Shown: one piece after another, positions 51,912 through 64,000 of the stretch
How the letters are laid out: each line of letters begins with the position of its first letter
Numbering within the stretch: position 1 is the stretch's first letter
Source of the DNA: Leptospira sp.
Lineage (GTDB): Bacteria > Spirochaetota > Leptospiria > Leptospirales > Leptospiraceae
Assembly: GCA_034439575.1 (NCBI GenBank)
Contig: JAWXAQ010000022.1
Coordinates: forward strand, 64,001 to 128,000
Length of the DNA stretch: 64,000 nt
Direction: 5' to 3'
Made by a program: the position numbers and the translations under genes
Notes under the pieces: model-generated
Databases searched by the model: none
What the model saw: only the letters and a program-made list of their open reading frames with translations
Told to the model about the DNA's origin: nothing

Positions 51912-52835
51912 TTAAAAAACCTCACTTATATTTAAATGATTCAATTGACCACCCTGGTGCAAATAAATCCAAGGTTCTGGCAAATCAGAAATAAAATGAG
52001 CATTGTTTGAAAGTAACTCCCAAGTTTTTAGGCTATAAATAGGTTCGAATAATATATTTGTTTTTTTATGATATTCTTTTTGTAAAAGTATATCCTTTTT
52101 TGTCACCTTGCCAAAAGTATGTGATCCGCTCGGATCGACTAACATATACTTTGCAATATGATCTGATCGGAATCCGAGACCTGATAGTAAGCCTGGAATT
52201 TTAGAAACAAAAGATTCTTTGGATTCTCCGACACAAACCCCACATACTATTGTTTCAGTCCTTGCATAAAAAATAAGAGCAGATAAAAACGTCAATCCAG
52301 AGCCAACTTCCAAAATGATAGTTTTATTATTTGATGGCTGACATACCTCTAATTGATTCCAAAGTTCCAAGAGACCGCTCATGGACGAAGAGTGAAAACC
52401 AAATTCTGGCATTATATAAGTATTGGAATTTGACTTGTGTTTAAAGCCTGATAAAAAATTGAAATTAGCTAATTCTTGGAACATTTCTTTGGAAGAATTG
52501 AATGAATGTAAGTTATGCGAATGGTTTTTAATTAAAATCCGATTCGCAGAATTTAATGATCGATTTCGAGAGTATCCGAAAACATGGGTAATGATGCCAG
52601 ATACATACAGAACGGTGGAAAAACTGGCTAAATAATTCCCATGCAAAGAACCAAATAATACCACTTCCTTGATATTTTCAGTGGACAAAAATTTAAGGAA
52701 ACCTTGCAATTTGCGTAGTTTGGTTCCAAAACCAAACAAAAGTTTGTCATCCCGAATGACTTGGATGCTTTTACGTCCTTCTTTTTCGGAAACTTCTGTT
52801 ATGCGAAAAGGGATTTCACGCAACAGATCCTCCAA
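51912..52835 (-). CDS. ACC deaminase/D-cysteine desulfhydrase-like PLP enzyme
   Basis: IRDD, GTKLRKL (GNKxRK-like), FGSLHGNYL, VGSGLT, FEPIYSLK, HQGG. Confidence 0.8.
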   Translation of the reverse strand: MEDLLREIPFRITEVSEKEGRKSIQVIRDDKLLFGFGTKLRKLQGFLKFLSTENIKEVVLFGSLHGNYLASFSTVLYVSGIITHVFGYSRNRSLNSANRILIKNHSHNLHSFNSSKEMFQELANFNFLSGFKHKSNSNTYIMPEFGFHSSSMSGLLELWNQLEVCQPSNNKTIILEVGSGLTFLSALIFYARTETIVCGVCVGESKESFVSKIPGLLSGLGFRSDHIAKYMLVDPSGSHTFGKVTKKDILLQKEYHKKTNILFEPIYSLKTWELLSNNAHFISDLPEPWIYLHQGGQLNHLNISEVF

Positions 52836-52856
52836 GGATCTTTTATTTAAAATGAA

Positions 52857-54668
52857 TCAATCTCCCGTTTTCAGGATAGATAAAAACGCTTCCTGAGGAA
52901 TGTCTACGTTTCCGATTTGTTTCATTCGTTTTTTACCCTCTTTTTGTTTCTCTAGTAGTTTTTTCTTACGGGAAATATCACCACCATAACATTTTGCTGT
53001 TACGTTCTTTCGAAGGGCTGAAATGCTTTCTCTTGCCACCACTTTTGCTCCGATTGCTGCCTGAATAGGGATCATAAATTGGTGTCTAGGTATCAGATCT
53101 TTTAATTTTTCAATGATGGCTCGACCACGTTCTTCGGCTTTGGACTTGTGTACTATCGAAGACAAGGCATCCACTGGCTCCCCGTTTACAAGTATATCCA
53201 TACGAACAAGTTTAGAATCTCTATAACCTACTTCTTCGTAGTCAAGCGACGCATAACCTTTTGTATGTGACTTTAGTTTATCATAAAATTGAAAAATAAG
53301 TTCAGCTAACGGAAGTTCGTATGTTAACTGGACTTTGTCTTTGGAAAGATAAACTGTATCTAAGTGAATTCCTCTTTTTTCAATCACAAGGGACATGATA
53401 TTTCCCACATATGAATCTGGGGAAATGATTGTCGCTTTAACCATCGGCTCTTCTGATTTGTCTATAGTGATGGTTTCTGGCCATTTAGAAGGGTTATCAA
53501 TTTCATAGACTTCACCTTTAGTATTAGTGATCCGAAATTTTACAGAAGGAGCTGTCGTGATCAGAGCTAAGTTAAATTCACGTTCTAGACGTTCTTGGAC
53601 AATTTCCATATGCAGGAGGCCGAGATATCCTACGCGAAATCCAAATCCAAGAGCCACAGAGTTTTCTCTTTCGAAAGTTAAGGCAGAATCATTTAACTTT
53701 AGTTTTTCGATCGCTTCCACTAACGCATCAAAATCTTCTCCATTGATTGGAAATAGACCTGCGAAAACCATAGGTTTTGCATCCTTAAATCCTTGGACGA
53801 TGGCATCTGTTTGGTTATTGGCAAGAGTAATCGTATCGCCCGTTTTGGCATCACCCATTTTTTTCATACCAGCAACCACATAACCCACGTCACCTGGTTG
53901 TAATTCTTCTATGGGAACCATGGTGAGGCGATTGACGCCTACTTCAGTCACTGTGAATTGGCGACCGACGTTCATCATATGAATTTGATCGCCTTTTTTT
54001 AGTTTGCCATCATATAATCGAACTTTGGCAACAACACCCATATAGGTATCAAAAAAAGAATCATAAATTAGAGCTTTTAATGGCTTATCAATATCACCTA
54101 TAGGTGGAGGCAAAAGATAACATATAGCTTCGAGGACATCTTTAACATTGAGTCCTGTTTTTGCCGAAATGGGAATCGCTTCGTCTGGATTGAGACCAAG
54201 GGATTCTTCTATCATCAATTTGCATTTATCTATATCAGCGGAAGGTAGATCAATTTTATTGATAACGGGGATTATGCGAAGATCAAGCTCCATAGCAAGA
54301 TAGAGGTTAGCAAGAGTTTGCGCTTCGACGCCTTGGCTCGCATCAACAATCAAAAGCACACCTTCACAAGCGGCAAGTGAGCGCGAAACTTCATAGGTAA
54401 AGTCAACGTGACCTGGGGTATCAATGAGATTTAGGTGATAGATATTTCCATCATTTGCTTTGTAATCAAAGGAGGCATTGTTTGCCTTGATAGTGATTCC
54501 CCTTTCTCTTTCGATATCCATAGAATCTAGTATTTGGTCTTTTTTGGTTCTTTGGTCTGTGACAAGTCCTATCTCAAGTAACCTATCGGCCAAAGTGGAT
54601 TTTCCATGGTCCACGTGTGCTATGATGGAAAAATTTCGTGTGTATTCTTGGCGCTGGTTCAAGGACAT
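52857..54668 (-). CDS. lepA: elongation factor 4
   Basis: [51 protein letters not shown]. Confidence 0.99.
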   Translation of the reverse strand: MSLNQRQEYTRNFSIIAHVDHGKSTLADRLLEIGLVTDQRTKKDQILDSMDIERERGITIKANNASFDYKANDGNIYHLNLIDTPGHVDFTYEVSRSLAACEGVLLIVDASQGVEAQTLANLYLAMELDLRIIPVINKIDLPSADIDKCKLMIEESLGLNPDEAIPISAKTGLNVKDVLEAICYLLPPPIGDIDKPLKALIYDSFFDTYMGVVAKVRLYDGKLKKGDQIHMMNVGRQFTVTEVGVNRLTMVPIEELQPGDVGYVVAGMKKMGDAKTGDTITLANNQTDAIVQGFKDAKPMVFAGLFPINGEDFDALVEAIEKLKLNDSALTFERENSVALGFGFRVGYLGLLHMEIVQERLEREFNLALITTAPSVKFRITNTKGEVYEIDNPSKWPETITIDKSEEPMVKATIISPDSYVGNIMSLVIEKRGIHLDTVYLSKDKVQLTYELPLAELIFQFYDKLKSHTKGYASLDYEEVGYRDSKLVRMDILVNGEPVDALSSIVHKSKAEERGRAIIEKLKDLIPRHQFMIPIQAAIGAKVVARESISALRKNVTAKCYGGDISRKKKLLEKQKEGKKRMKQIGNVDIPQEAFLSILKTGD

Positions 54669-54722
54669 TCCCTTCTTTTTAAGTCATTTTTTGTTAAGGG
54701 AGCCCTTTGTCTAAAAAGTTTA

Positions 54723-54750
54723 TTGTCAGACGATTAAAAATCCCTAAACT
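54723..54750 (+). promoter_or_regulatory. possible sigma-70 promoter of eno
   Basis: TTGTCA-N16-TAAACT in the lepA/eno divergent spacer. Confidence 0.45.
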
Positions 54751-54784
54751 GGAACGAGATTAAGTGAGACAGGAGATACCTTAG

Positions 54785-56095
<1,311 letters not shown>

Positions 56096-56096
56096 A

Positions 56097-56558
56097 ATGA
56101 ATCCTCTGAAAGCCTCACTTGCGATAGCCTATATTTGTTCTGTTTTTTATTGCGTGGTTTTATCTACGTCAGGTCTTGCAGAACGAAGGTTACTCGAATT
56201 GAAATTCCAACAGATTTCAGAAGAAGTGGAAAGGCTTTCCGTTGAAAATTTGGTTTTGGAGGAGAGAGAAAAACTCCTCCAAAATGATGCCTATGCTTTG
56301 GAAAAAGAAGCTAGAAAATACTATCTACTCTCAGAAAATGCGCACGTCATAAAGTTTGTGGATGAAAAATCAAAACTCACTTCTGAATTTCAAAAATTAC
56401 CCAAAACTGCGGATCTCCGAATCAATCTTTCCTTAAAAGAGCCCCCGTTATTTTTGCTACGTTTCTTTTATTTAGCCTTTAGCGTTTTCCTGTGCGTCGG
56501 AGTTTATTTCAAACTGAAAAGCTTGCCTCCCACGTCTAAACCTAAAAGACTGAATTAA
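56097..56558 (+). CDS. septum formation initiator FtsB/DivIC family protein
   Basis: TM, coiled coil, LEKEARK; follows eno; ATG 56097; extra C-terminal hydrophobic helix. Confidence 0.75.
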   Translation: MNPLKASLAIAYICSVFYCVVLSTSGLAERRLLELKFQQISEEVERLSVENLVLEEREKLLQNDAYALEKEARKYYLLSENAHVIKFVDEKSKLTSEFQKLPKTADLRINLSLKEPPLFLLRFFYLAFSVFLCVGVYFKLKSLPPTSKPKRLN

Positions 56559-56559
56559 T

Positions 56560-57168
56560 ATGCCAGAAACAGAAGCACCAGAAAAAGAAATTTCAGAAAC
56601 ACTTCAGGATCTCATTAGTGATAAAAACATTGGAAAAAAATTCCTAGAAAAACGTAAGATTTTTCTGTGGGGACCTGTAACCGATGAATCTTCCAAAGAA
56701 CTTGTTAATAAACTTCTATATCTTGAATTGATGGAACCAGGTAAACCTATTACCTTTTATATCAATAGTCCAGGTGGTGTCGTGACTTCAGGACTCGTTG
56801 TCTATGATACTATGAAAATGATTTCCAGTCCAGTTTATACAGTATGTATGGGTATGGCGGCCTCTATGGGTTCGATTTTGCTAATTGGTGGCGAAAAAGG
56901 ACATAGATATATTTGGCCAAACGGTCGTGTGATGATCCACCAACCTTCGATAGGTGGTCAAATCCAAGCACCAGCCACAGATTTACTGATTCATGCGAAT
57001 GATATAGTAAAAACGAAAGAAAAATTAAATCGTATGTTAGCTGATGCATGTGGTAAAACGTATGATCAATTGGTAGAAGATACTGATCGCGATTATTATA
57101 TGGATGCCGATGAAGCACTAGCTTATGGAATCGTGGATAAACTCACAGACAAAATCGACGTTGTATAA
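56560..57168 (+). CDS. clpP: ATP-dependent Clp protease proteolytic subunit
   Basis: [26 protein letters not shown]. Confidence 0.96.
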   Translation: MPETEAPEKEISETLQDLISDKNIGKKFLEKRKIFLWGPVTDESSKELVNKLLYLELMEPGKPITFYINSPGGVVTSGLVVYDTMKMISSPVYTVCMGMAASMGSILLIGGEKGHRYIWPNGRVMIHQPSIGGQIQAPATDLLIHANDIVKTKEKLNRMLADACGKTYDQLVEDTDRDYYMDADEALAYGIVDKLTDKIDVV

Positions 57169-58165
57169 AGATTCGTTTACCCCTCGAAAGTATTTCGAGG
57201 GAAAACACTTACAGACTGTTTATAATGTTCTTTTTCCTCCAGACAATGTTCTTGAGGAAGATTTTTTTTGTGAGAGCATTATCATTCCCACTCTAGATGA
57301 TACAAAAGACCATTTATGGCTCGAGCACAATCCCCCTCTTTCTAAAATAAAAAAACAATCAGTAAAGTGGAATGGCTGTTATATCGTGTTAATTCATGGG
57401 ATGGAAGGTAGCAGTGAATCGCATTATATGGTAAGCGTAGGCAAAGAAGCATTGTTACGTGGTTATGGTGTGATACGTATGAACCTTCGCAATTGCGGTA
57501 GGGGATTAAAATTGGCCAAAAAACCATATAACGCTGGTCAATCGGAAGATTTGGATGCTGTACTGCGTTATGTGCAAATGAATTTTACTGACAAATATTT
57601 TGTTTGTGGTTTTTCATTATCTGCGAATTTAGTTTTAAAGTATTTTGGTGAAAATCGAAGATATAAAGCCATTGGTTTTAGTGCCACTTCCCCTCCTCTT
57701 GATTTAAAAAGAAGCTGTGATTTTATTGATTCAAAAGCTGGTCTATTTTATAGAACCCATTTTTTAGCTACGATGAAAGAAAAAGTTCAGTCTGGGATTT
57801 ATGATATTTCAGCAAGCGCTATAGATCGCGTTATGCGAAGTCGAACATTTTTTGATTTTGATGAGTTTTTTACAGCACCAATGGCAGGTTATATGAATGT
57901 GTTGGACTATTATCATAAGTGTTCAAGTATATCCTTTTTATCAAGGATCACAACTCCAGGAATCGTAATACACGCAAATGATGATCCTGTTGTGCCTTCT
58001 CATGTTTGGCGAGATGTGAATTGGAAAGCCTATCCTATGATTGAAACAGTTTTAACTGAGAAAGGTGGCCATGTCGGATTTATTTCGGATCCGAGTCCAG
58101 ATTACCCAGAAGGGCGATGGTTACCAAAAATTATTTTGGATTTTTTTGATAAAAAAATTCGTTAG
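57161..58165 (+). CDS. YheT-family alpha/beta hydrolase
   Basis: HLQT, HGMEGSS, GFSLS, DDPVV, GGHVGF; start either TTG 57161 or ATG 57125. Confidence 0.88.
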   Translation: MYKDSFTPRKYFEGKHLQTVYNVLFPPDNVLEEDFFCESIIIPTLDDTKDHLWLEHNPPLSKIKKQSVKWNGCYIVLIHGMEGSSESHYMVSVGKEALLRGYGVIRMNLRNCGRGLKLAKKPYNAGQSEDLDAVLRYVQMNFTDKYFVCGFSLSANLVLKYFGENRRYKAIGFSATSPPLDLKRSCDFIDSKAGLFYRTHFLATMKEKVQSGIYDISASAIDRVMRSRTFFDFDEFFTAPMAGYMNVLDYYHKCSSISFLSRITTPGIVIHANDDPVVPSHVWRDVNWKAYPMIETVLTEKGGHVGFISDPSPDYPEGRWLPKIILDFFDKKIR

Positions 58166-58195
58166 CTAGTATTTATTAAATTCAGAGGTCACAAA

Positions 58196-59581
58196 TTGAG
58201 AGATTTATTAAAAGAGTGTTTGGTGGAAGAAAGTGGCTTTGTGGAATTACGTTATCATCATAAAGAAAATCGATCTTTTTTTGCTGAGAAAGGTAGAATT
58301 GAATCAACGGGTCTACGCAAAAGAAGTGGTATAGGCGTACGTGTGTTACATGATGGGACGTGGGGATTTGCCTCCACAAGTGAGATATCAAAATCATCCA
58401 TCCAAAATGCAATACGTATTGCAAAACAAGCTGCTGGTATCTCGGCTCCCTTACGCGGGGAAAAAATAGAAAGTTTACCAAAGGCAAATTTTGCGAAAGG
58501 TGATTTTATCGGTGATGGCATTGATGATTTTCGTAATAAGACGGTAGAAGAAAAGTTAAACTTTGTTTTAAAAATTCAGGAAAGCGCACAAAAGAGTTCT
58601 ACATTTTTGCAATCTGTCGGTTGCGGTTATTCTGAAATTTATGAAGAAAAGGCCATTGTGACAACTGATGGAGCAGATAGTTTTTTTAGTATGGTGAGAC
58701 CTGAGTTTCGGGTCAATGCTGTCGCAAACCTGGGTGGCAAATTGGAATCTGGTTCTGAATCTATTGGCGTTACTGGGGGTTGGGATTGTCTGTTTAAAAA
58801 CAAATCTGCCCTTCAAATTTCTGAAGATGCATGTAAAACAGCCATTGATCTTTTACAATCGGAAATGCCAAATGGGGGCCTATCGACAGTTATATTATCC
58901 CCATCCATAGTCGGCCTTCTTGTTCATGAAGCGATTGGTCATACTGTTGAGGCTGATTTTGTTTTAGCTGGCAGTGTGGCGAAGGGAAAAATCGGGACTC
59001 GAGTGGGATCCGACTTGGTTTCGTTATGTGATTCTGGGGTTTCCGAATACTACCTTGGCGCAGGTGGGACAATACCTGTGGATGATGAGGGTGTGATTCC
59101 TGAAAAAACAATGATCATCCAAGATGGTATTTTGAAATCGTATCTTCATAACCGTGAAACAGCACAAAGGTTTAATGTGAAACCAACTGGATCAGCCAGA
59201 GCCTGGGAATATTCAGATGTGCCTCTCATTCGAATGAGAAATACGTATCTACTCCCTGGTGAATCTTCGTTAGATGAAATGATTGCAAATACGAAAGATG
59301 GGTATTATTTGGATGGGGCCAAAAATGGCCAAGCAGACGCGACAGGCGAATTTATGTTTGCCGTTCAAAAAGCCTATCGCATCCAAAATGGAAAGATCAC
59401 AAATCTTTTGAAAGGTGTCACAGTATCTGGAATTGCTTTTGATGTATTACAATCCATAGATATGGTTTCCAAGGAATTCAAATGGGATCTTGGTTCTGGT
59501 CACTGTGGCAAAGGTCAACCCGCCAAAGTAGACGCTGGTGGACCTTATATTCGTGCCAAAGTTTTGTTAGGTGGAAATTGA
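58196..59581 (+). CDS. tldD: TldD metalloprotease
   Basis: GIGVRV, HEAIGH zinc motif, RMRNTY, CGKGQ. Confidence 0.92.
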   Translation: MRDLLKECLVEESGFVELRYHHKENRSFFAEKGRIESTGLRKRSGIGVRVLHDGTWGFASTSEISKSSIQNAIRIAKQAAGISAPLRGEKIESLPKANFAKGDFIGDGIDDFRNKTVEEKLNFVLKIQESAQKSSTFLQSVGCGYSEIYEEKAIVTTDGADSFFSMVRPEFRVNAVANLGGKLESGSESIGVTGGWDCLFKNKSALQISEDACKTAIDLLQSEMPNGGLSTVILSPSIVGLLVHEAIGHTVEADFVLAGSVAKGKIGTRVGSDLVSLCDSGVSEYYLGAGGTIPVDDEGVIPEKTMIIQDGILKSYLHNRETAQRFNVKPTGSARAWEYSDVPLIRMRNTYLLPGESSLDEMIANTKDGYYLDGAKNGQADATGEFMFAVQKAYRIQNGKITNLLKGVTVSGIAFDVLQSIDMVSKEFKWDLGSGHCGKGQPAKVDAGGPYIRAKVLLGGN

Positions 59582-60963
59582 TGGATAAGTCTACTCTAGA
59601 AGAAAAGATTTCTTCTCAACGTGATTTGCTTGATGGTTTGATTAAAAAAGCAAAAACGAATGGTATCGATCAAGTTGAAATATATTCAAGTTATGGTTAT
59701 TCGGAAGATGTTAGCTTAGAAAAAAATGATCTGAACAATTGCACCGCGACAGAAGAAAATATGTTCGGGATACGAGTGATTGAAAACGGATCACAAGGGT
59801 TTATCACAACCAATCACCTGCCCACTCTTTGGGATTCAATTTTGGAAGCGAGAAGTCTTGCAATGAGCCAAACTACACCTGATCCGAGTTTGGTTCTTCC
59901 TGAACCTAGAGTATTGAATTCTATTCCGAATCAGTATGATATATCTATCGATTCTCTCGGTTTAACTGATCTTGTTAAGATTGCCAAAGAGACCTTGGAA
60001 AGAAAAAAATCAGAGTATCCTTTGGTAAATATAGATTCTGGAGATATGTCTTTATCCAAAGGATATAAAATGATCCTTTCGACGAAGGGAGTTTTTGGAG
60101 TGGAACTTGGTGCCGATATTTCTGCCTCCATTATGGGAATGGCAGTCAATGGTGATGATATCGGAAGTTTTGATTATGATTCGGCTTCTGGAAATAATTT
60201 AGCTCACTTTTTGAAACGATGGGATCTAGCCTTTAAACAGTTTGGTGATAAATGTATGGGCGCCCTCGGAGCAAAAACCATATCCAGCTTTAAAGGAAAA
60301 GTTTTATTGCCACCGGATGCCGTTTATTCTTTTTTTCTTGGTTCTTTTCTCGGCGCTTTAAACGGAACAAGTTTAAGAAAGGGCAAAAGCAAAATGGCTG
60401 GAAAAATTGGCCAAAAAGTAGCCGATAAAAAATTATCGATATGGGAAGATCCAACAATCGATGGTTATGCGAGTACTACTGCTTTTGACAGAGAAGGCCA
60501 ACCCACTAAAAAACAAAATATTTTAAGCGAAGGCGTATTAGAAACTTACTTTTATAATACCTATGAAGCAAAAAAAGCGGGTCTAAAAGAATCAAACGGT
60601 TTTGCCAGTGGTGGAGCGCAAAGCCTACCAGGATGTGGCCCTCGGCAATTGCAAATTGCACCAGGTATTTCAAATAAAGATGATTTTTTCAAATTGAATG
60701 AGAAAGTTTTATATATAAATCGTATTTCAGGTACGAGTGATGGTCCATCGGGAGATTTTTCTGGGGTAATCAAAGGTGGATTTTTAATTGAGAATGGAGA
60801 AAAAATTCCCATCAAAGAAGCACAAATTGTGGGAAATGTTTATGATACTTTAAATCAAATCGAAGCCATTTCCAAAGAAGGAGAATTGCTCGGAGAATCT
60901 TATTTTGCTCCATATATGTTGTTAGACGGTTTCAGTATCACTGGCGTCTCAAATGGCAACTAA
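59581..60963 (+). CDS. pmbA: PmbA/TldE partner protein
   Basis: FGIRVI, FDREG, SGDFS; lacks HExxH; ATG overlaps the tldD TGA. Confidence 0.88.
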   Translation: MDKSTLEEKISSQRDLLDGLIKKAKTNGIDQVEIYSSYGYSEDVSLEKNDLNNCTATEENMFGIRVIENGSQGFITTNHLPTLWDSILEARSLAMSQTTPDPSLVLPEPRVLNSIPNQYDISIDSLGLTDLVKIAKETLERKKSEYPLVNIDSGDMSLSKGYKMILSTKGVFGVELGADISASIMGMAVNGDDIGSFDYDSASGNNLAHFLKRWDLAFKQFGDKCMGALGAKTISSFKGKVLLPPDAVYSFFLGSFLGALNGTSLRKGKSKMAGKIGQKVADKKLSIWEDPTIDGYASTTAFDREGQPTKKQNILSEGVLETYFYNTYEAKKAGLKESNGFASGGAQSLPGCGPRQLQIAPGISNKDDFFKLNEKVLYINRISGTSDGPSGDFSGVIKGGFLIENGEKIPIKEAQIVGNVYDTLNQIEAISKEGELLGESYFAPYMLLDGFSITGVSNGN

Positions 60964-61501
60964 TTCGTATCAATTAGAAACTTTGGAGCGCCCCCTCGGT
61001 GCTTCGTTTTTTTTAATTTGTTCATTTCAAAATGATGATTCCTATTACGAATTAAAATCACTCACAGAAAAAAAATTCTCAAAAACAATCTTTGAATCAA
61101 ATGTTTTGCCCAAATGGGAGTTAGATGAAGTAGAAAGGCTCAGTCAAATTCCAGGAAAACAGACTAGAATTTTATCTTTTATGCGGCGAATTCATAGAGA
61201 GGAGCTAGCTCAAATTAAAAAAGAATGTTTAGAAATTCAAAATAGTTTTCAAAAAGATGATCCTTTTTTTCGATTGATTCCTGGTTATTTGACATCGCAT
61301 AACGTAGTGATAGCGCAGTCAAAAGATGATTTTCATAGAATCTATTTATTTACTGGCGTGTATGGAGAAATAGTCTATATATTTCATAAAGGTAAATTTT
61401 CTGTTTTGGATACAGCACCTGGATTTTTTAAACAGAAAGAAGCACTTTATTTTTTCAGCAATTTGCGTGAATCATATGAATACAATAAATTCAAAGACTA
61501 A
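60953..61501 (+). CDS. DUF4416-like hypothetical protein
   Basis: LAQIKK, IPGYL, KDDFHRIYLFTGVYGE pattern. Confidence 0.6.
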   Translation: MATNSYQLETLERPLGASFFLICSFQNDDSYYELKSLTEKKFSKTIFESNVLPKWELDEVERLSQIPGKQTRILSFMRRIHREELAQIKKECLEIQNSFQKDDPFFRLIPGYLTSHNVVIAQSKDDFHRIYLFTGVYGEIVYIFHKGKFSVLDTAPGFFKQKEALYFFSNLRESYEYNKFKD

Positions 61502-62066
61502 TTGGTCTAAACTTCCTACACTATTTTTTGCTTTTATCTTCACTATAACTATTGTTATCAATTGTAATCCACAAACCAATCAAGAACTTAGAATTTCCAA
61601 TGTTCAGTTATGTGATAATTTTGATTTAGCCGCACATTGCACAGAACCGAAACCAGAAAAAGGAATCGTCACATTAAAACCGACTAGTTCTGGAAAAGAA
61701 AAATTAACTTGGGAAAATTTTGGAAATTATTTGTATTTTACTGCGAGAGAAACTCCAGGATTTGTCATTCAATTTTCTAGACCATTATCGCCTGCTGAAA
61801 AAAAAGAAATTACTTCCAAGTATGTAGCTTATATCTATTTGGGAGATACAAAAGAAAAAATGGAGGGCTTTGAAATGGGAGATGATTCTCTCGCCTCCTT
61901 TCATTACTTAGGTGCTTTATTAAAAGAAGCAAAACGACACAGCCACGATTATAACAAAAAGCCCGATTTTGATAACTTAAAACCCCTACTGATCCAATTC
62001 GAATACCAAATTTCTCCTGTTATAAAGGGAACTTTACAAAGAGAAATATCCTTCACTTGGTTATGA
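61467..62066 (+). CDS. hypothetical lipoprotein
   Basis: Hydrophobic signal ending VINC; start uncertain. Confidence 0.65.
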   Translation: MNHMNTINSKTNWSKLPTLFFAFIFTITIVINCNPQTNQELRISNVQLCDNFDLAAHCTEPKPEKGIVTLKPTSSGKEKLTWENFGNYLYFTARETPGFVIQFSRPLSPAEKKEITSKYVAYIYLGDTKEKMEGFEMGDDSLASFHYLGALLKEAKRHSHDYNKKPDFDNLKPLLIQFEYQISPVIKGTLQREISFTWL

Positions 62067-62067
62067 A

Positions 62068-62820
62068 TTATTTCGTTAAATAAAGATTAGTTGGGTTAAA
62101 TAGAATTTGATCCATTGGAATTCCGGAAATCAAAAACAAAGATACGGCAAGTGTTAAGGCACCTGCAATTGGTATCAAAAGATTGTCGTCTATAAGACCA
62201 TTGGTGCTAGTGGTAGAAAAAAATTCCGTCAAACAAGAAGCTGTGACCCCGAACGCTACGAGTAAAATCGGATACAAACGGAAGTTACTTCCATCCTTTA
62301 GACTAAAGGCACTATTTGGGTGCGAGATCGTAATCAAATATAAAACGATAACGCCCACGAGAAATGCGGCTAGAGAAAATCCGATGATTCCTTCTCTTGA
62401 CTTTCCATTATAGAATCTATTTTTTCCAAATCTGGAACCTATATATGCGGCCGTTGGATCACCGACCACTAAAAATAGGATGGATAAAACCGCGATTTCG
62501 GGGGAAAAGAAAAGGACTACGATAAAGTTTGCCAAAAAATAAGGAACCGTTCCATTGAAACGTGTTCTTTCTGATTCCTTCATTAAAAATCCAAAGTATT
62601 TAAAGAAAAAATTTTCAAAGGCAGTCACTTTCAATCGAAACATTTCCAATACCAAGAGTAAAACGAGAAAAATACCCAAATAAGTTACGATCATAGCGCG
62701 GGTCGCGTATAAGAGATCGGACCAGCCAGAAAAAATATCAAAATACAAACTGATCGGGATAATGAGTCCTAAAATATGCCAGACTTTTCTTAAAAAATTA
62801 AACCCATATTGATTTTCCAT
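62068..62820 (-). CDS. CTP-dependent phytol/dolichol/diacylglycerol kinase-like membrane protein
   Basis: RKVWH, GDPTAAYIG..FG, KSREG, DDNLLIP. Confidence 0.85.
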   Translation of the reverse strand: MENQYGFNFLRKVWHILGLIIPISLYFDIFSGWSDLLYATRAMIVTYLGIFLVLLLVLEMFRLKVTAFENFFFKYFGFLMKESERTRFNGTVPYFLANFIVVLFFSPEIAVLSILFLVVGDPTAAYIGSRFGKNRFYNGKSREGIIGFSLAAFLVGVIVLYLITISHPNSAFSLKDGSNFRLYPILLVAFGVTASCLTEFFSTTSTNGLIDDNLLIPIAGALTLAVSLFLISGIPMDQILFNPTNLYLTK

Positions 62821-62823
62821 ACC

Positions 62824-63180
62824 TTAACGAACTCCTCTCGAGGCCATTTTAAAGGCTCCCTCTTCATTTGTTGCCACTGGGAATAAATTTTTGATTCCCG
62901 CCATTTGGAATGCCTGCCTGACTGAGACAGGAATATTGATTAAGACGATTTTGTGTTTTTGGAGGAAGGATTCTTCACTGAGTGTTCTAAATGCTTGGAT
63001 CCCTTGAGTCGTGACCATATTTAACTCCTCCAAATCTAAAATCACAGATCCATGTTTGAGGGATGAGGCAACAGACAATACACACTTTTTCGCAGTGAAA
63101 TTATTAAGATTTCCTTGCAATTTAGTAACATAGACCGTATCGATTTTTTCTGTAGCTACGACTAGGTCATCAAGACTCAT
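62824..63180 (-). CDS. STAS-domain anti-sigma-factor antagonist
   Basis: LQGNLN, VILDLEELNMVTTQGI, VRQAFQMAGI. Confidence 0.85.
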   Translation of the reverse strand: MSLDDLVVATEKIDTVYVTKLQGNLNNFTAKKCVLSVASSLKHGSVILDLEELNMVTTQGIQAFRTLSEESFLQKHKIVLINIPVSVRQAFQMAGIKNLFPVATNEEGAFKMASRGVR

Positions 63181-63254
63181 AATTTTTTGCCCTTTTCATT
63201 TTTCATTCTTGCGCTGATTGGCAAGTAAATAAAAAGTTTTGGAAGGAGACTTGT

Positions 63255-63569
63255 TTGAAGGCGAAAGTTGCACACCTCTTTAAAAAATTAGAAGAAATCG
63301 AACGAGATACAGTGGAATTAAAAAAACTGACTGATCGCATTTCCGATGATCGCGAGTATTCTCCCATTTTAAAAGAAAGTTTTCTATCCGAGATGCATAA
63401 ACTCGAAGAACAAAAGATAGATATTCTTAAGGTTACTGTAACTCAAGTCCCGCAAAGCCTAAGCCAAAAATCGGAACTTCAAAGTTTGGAATCACAACCT
63501 CTTCCTGTAACAGAGATTTCACCAAACCTAGACAAAAAAAAGCCCGAAAAACAAATTCGCAAGTATTGA
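63255..63569 (+). CDS. hypothetical coiled-coil protein
   Basis: AAGGAG SD before TTG; heptad-like charged N-terminus. Confidence 0.65.
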   Translation: MKAKVAHLFKKLEEIERDTVELKKLTDRISDDREYSPILKESFLSEMHKLEEQKIDILKVTVTQVPQSLSQKSELQSLESQPLPVTEISPNLDKKKPEKQIRKY

Positions 63570-63605
63570 TCTTCTCTCCATTGATAAAATATTTAAGGAA
63601 AACAA

Positions 63606-64000
63606 ATGAATCTTAAAAAGAAAATATGCCAATTATTGGTATTGTCTGCTATTTGTATTAGCATTAACAATTGTTCGGGTGACTCGGAAATCCTTGCCAC
63701 TTATGATGGTGGAACTGTGACTCGTGGGGAACTCAATTTTGTAATTGAAGCATCCAAACGTGGAAATAATGAACCACAACCTATAAGTACAGAAATCCAA
63801 ACAAAAATTGTCGAAAGCATCGCACTCGAAAAAATTCTATTACGTGACAGTGTGCAGACAAAAAAAATTGAGCAAGCTGACATAGATAAAATTGAAGCAT
63901 TGGTTTCTGATTTTGTGAAACTCAATATCTATATGAGAAATTATGTAAAATCGGCTATGAAATCAAAGCCTTTAGAATTTGTAGATTTACAAATATCGAT
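63606..64000 (+). CDS. lipoprotein, probably PrsA/SurA-like peptidyl-prolyl isomerase (3'-truncated; absent from ORF track)
   Basis: Own translation: MNLKKKICQLLVLSAICISINNCSGDSEILATYDGGTVTRGEL..., open to window end. Confidence 0.6.
   Translation, partial: MNLKKKICQLLVLSAICISINNCSGDSEILATYDGGTVTRGELNFVIEASKRGNNEPQPISTEIQTKIVESIALEKILLRDSVQTKKIEQADIDKIEALVSDFVKLNIYMRNYVKSAMKSKPLEFVDLQIS

Overview
AT-rich bacterial chromosomal segment. Gene content and order point to a Leptospira, probably the saprophytic group (inference, not verified by search). Most of it is core genome. In order: rfaE2-pyrG-kdsA-lptC-lptA-like-lptB-rpoN-hprK-ptsH-ntrY/ntrX-like-UDG-like-priA-fmt-PASTA-rpe; rpsP-khpA-rimM-trmD-rplS-rnhB; a FliK-C-like/FlhB-C/degenerate HD-GYP/YraN/small FlgM-like block; comM; a type II secretion operon (gspC-N); class II ribonucleotide reductase nrdJ; tRNA-Asn; a ~5.7 kb accessory-looking patch (L,D-transpeptidase, dif-like site, AlgE-family porin, DUF3592, Cys/Ser-rich lipoprotein, SPFH operon); sdhCAB; lepA; eno-ftsB-clpP-yheT-tldD-pmbA and others. 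No CRISPR array, IS element, integrase or rRNA was seen. Best leads: (1) the orphan flagellar-switch/anti-sigma28-like module at 19.8-22.6 kb; (2) a dif-like XerC/D site at 42491-42518; (3) an in-frame TGA at the conserved Trp16 of sdhA; (4) rnhB with no canonical start codon, overlapped by a hairpin; (5) a G9 tract in gspL.
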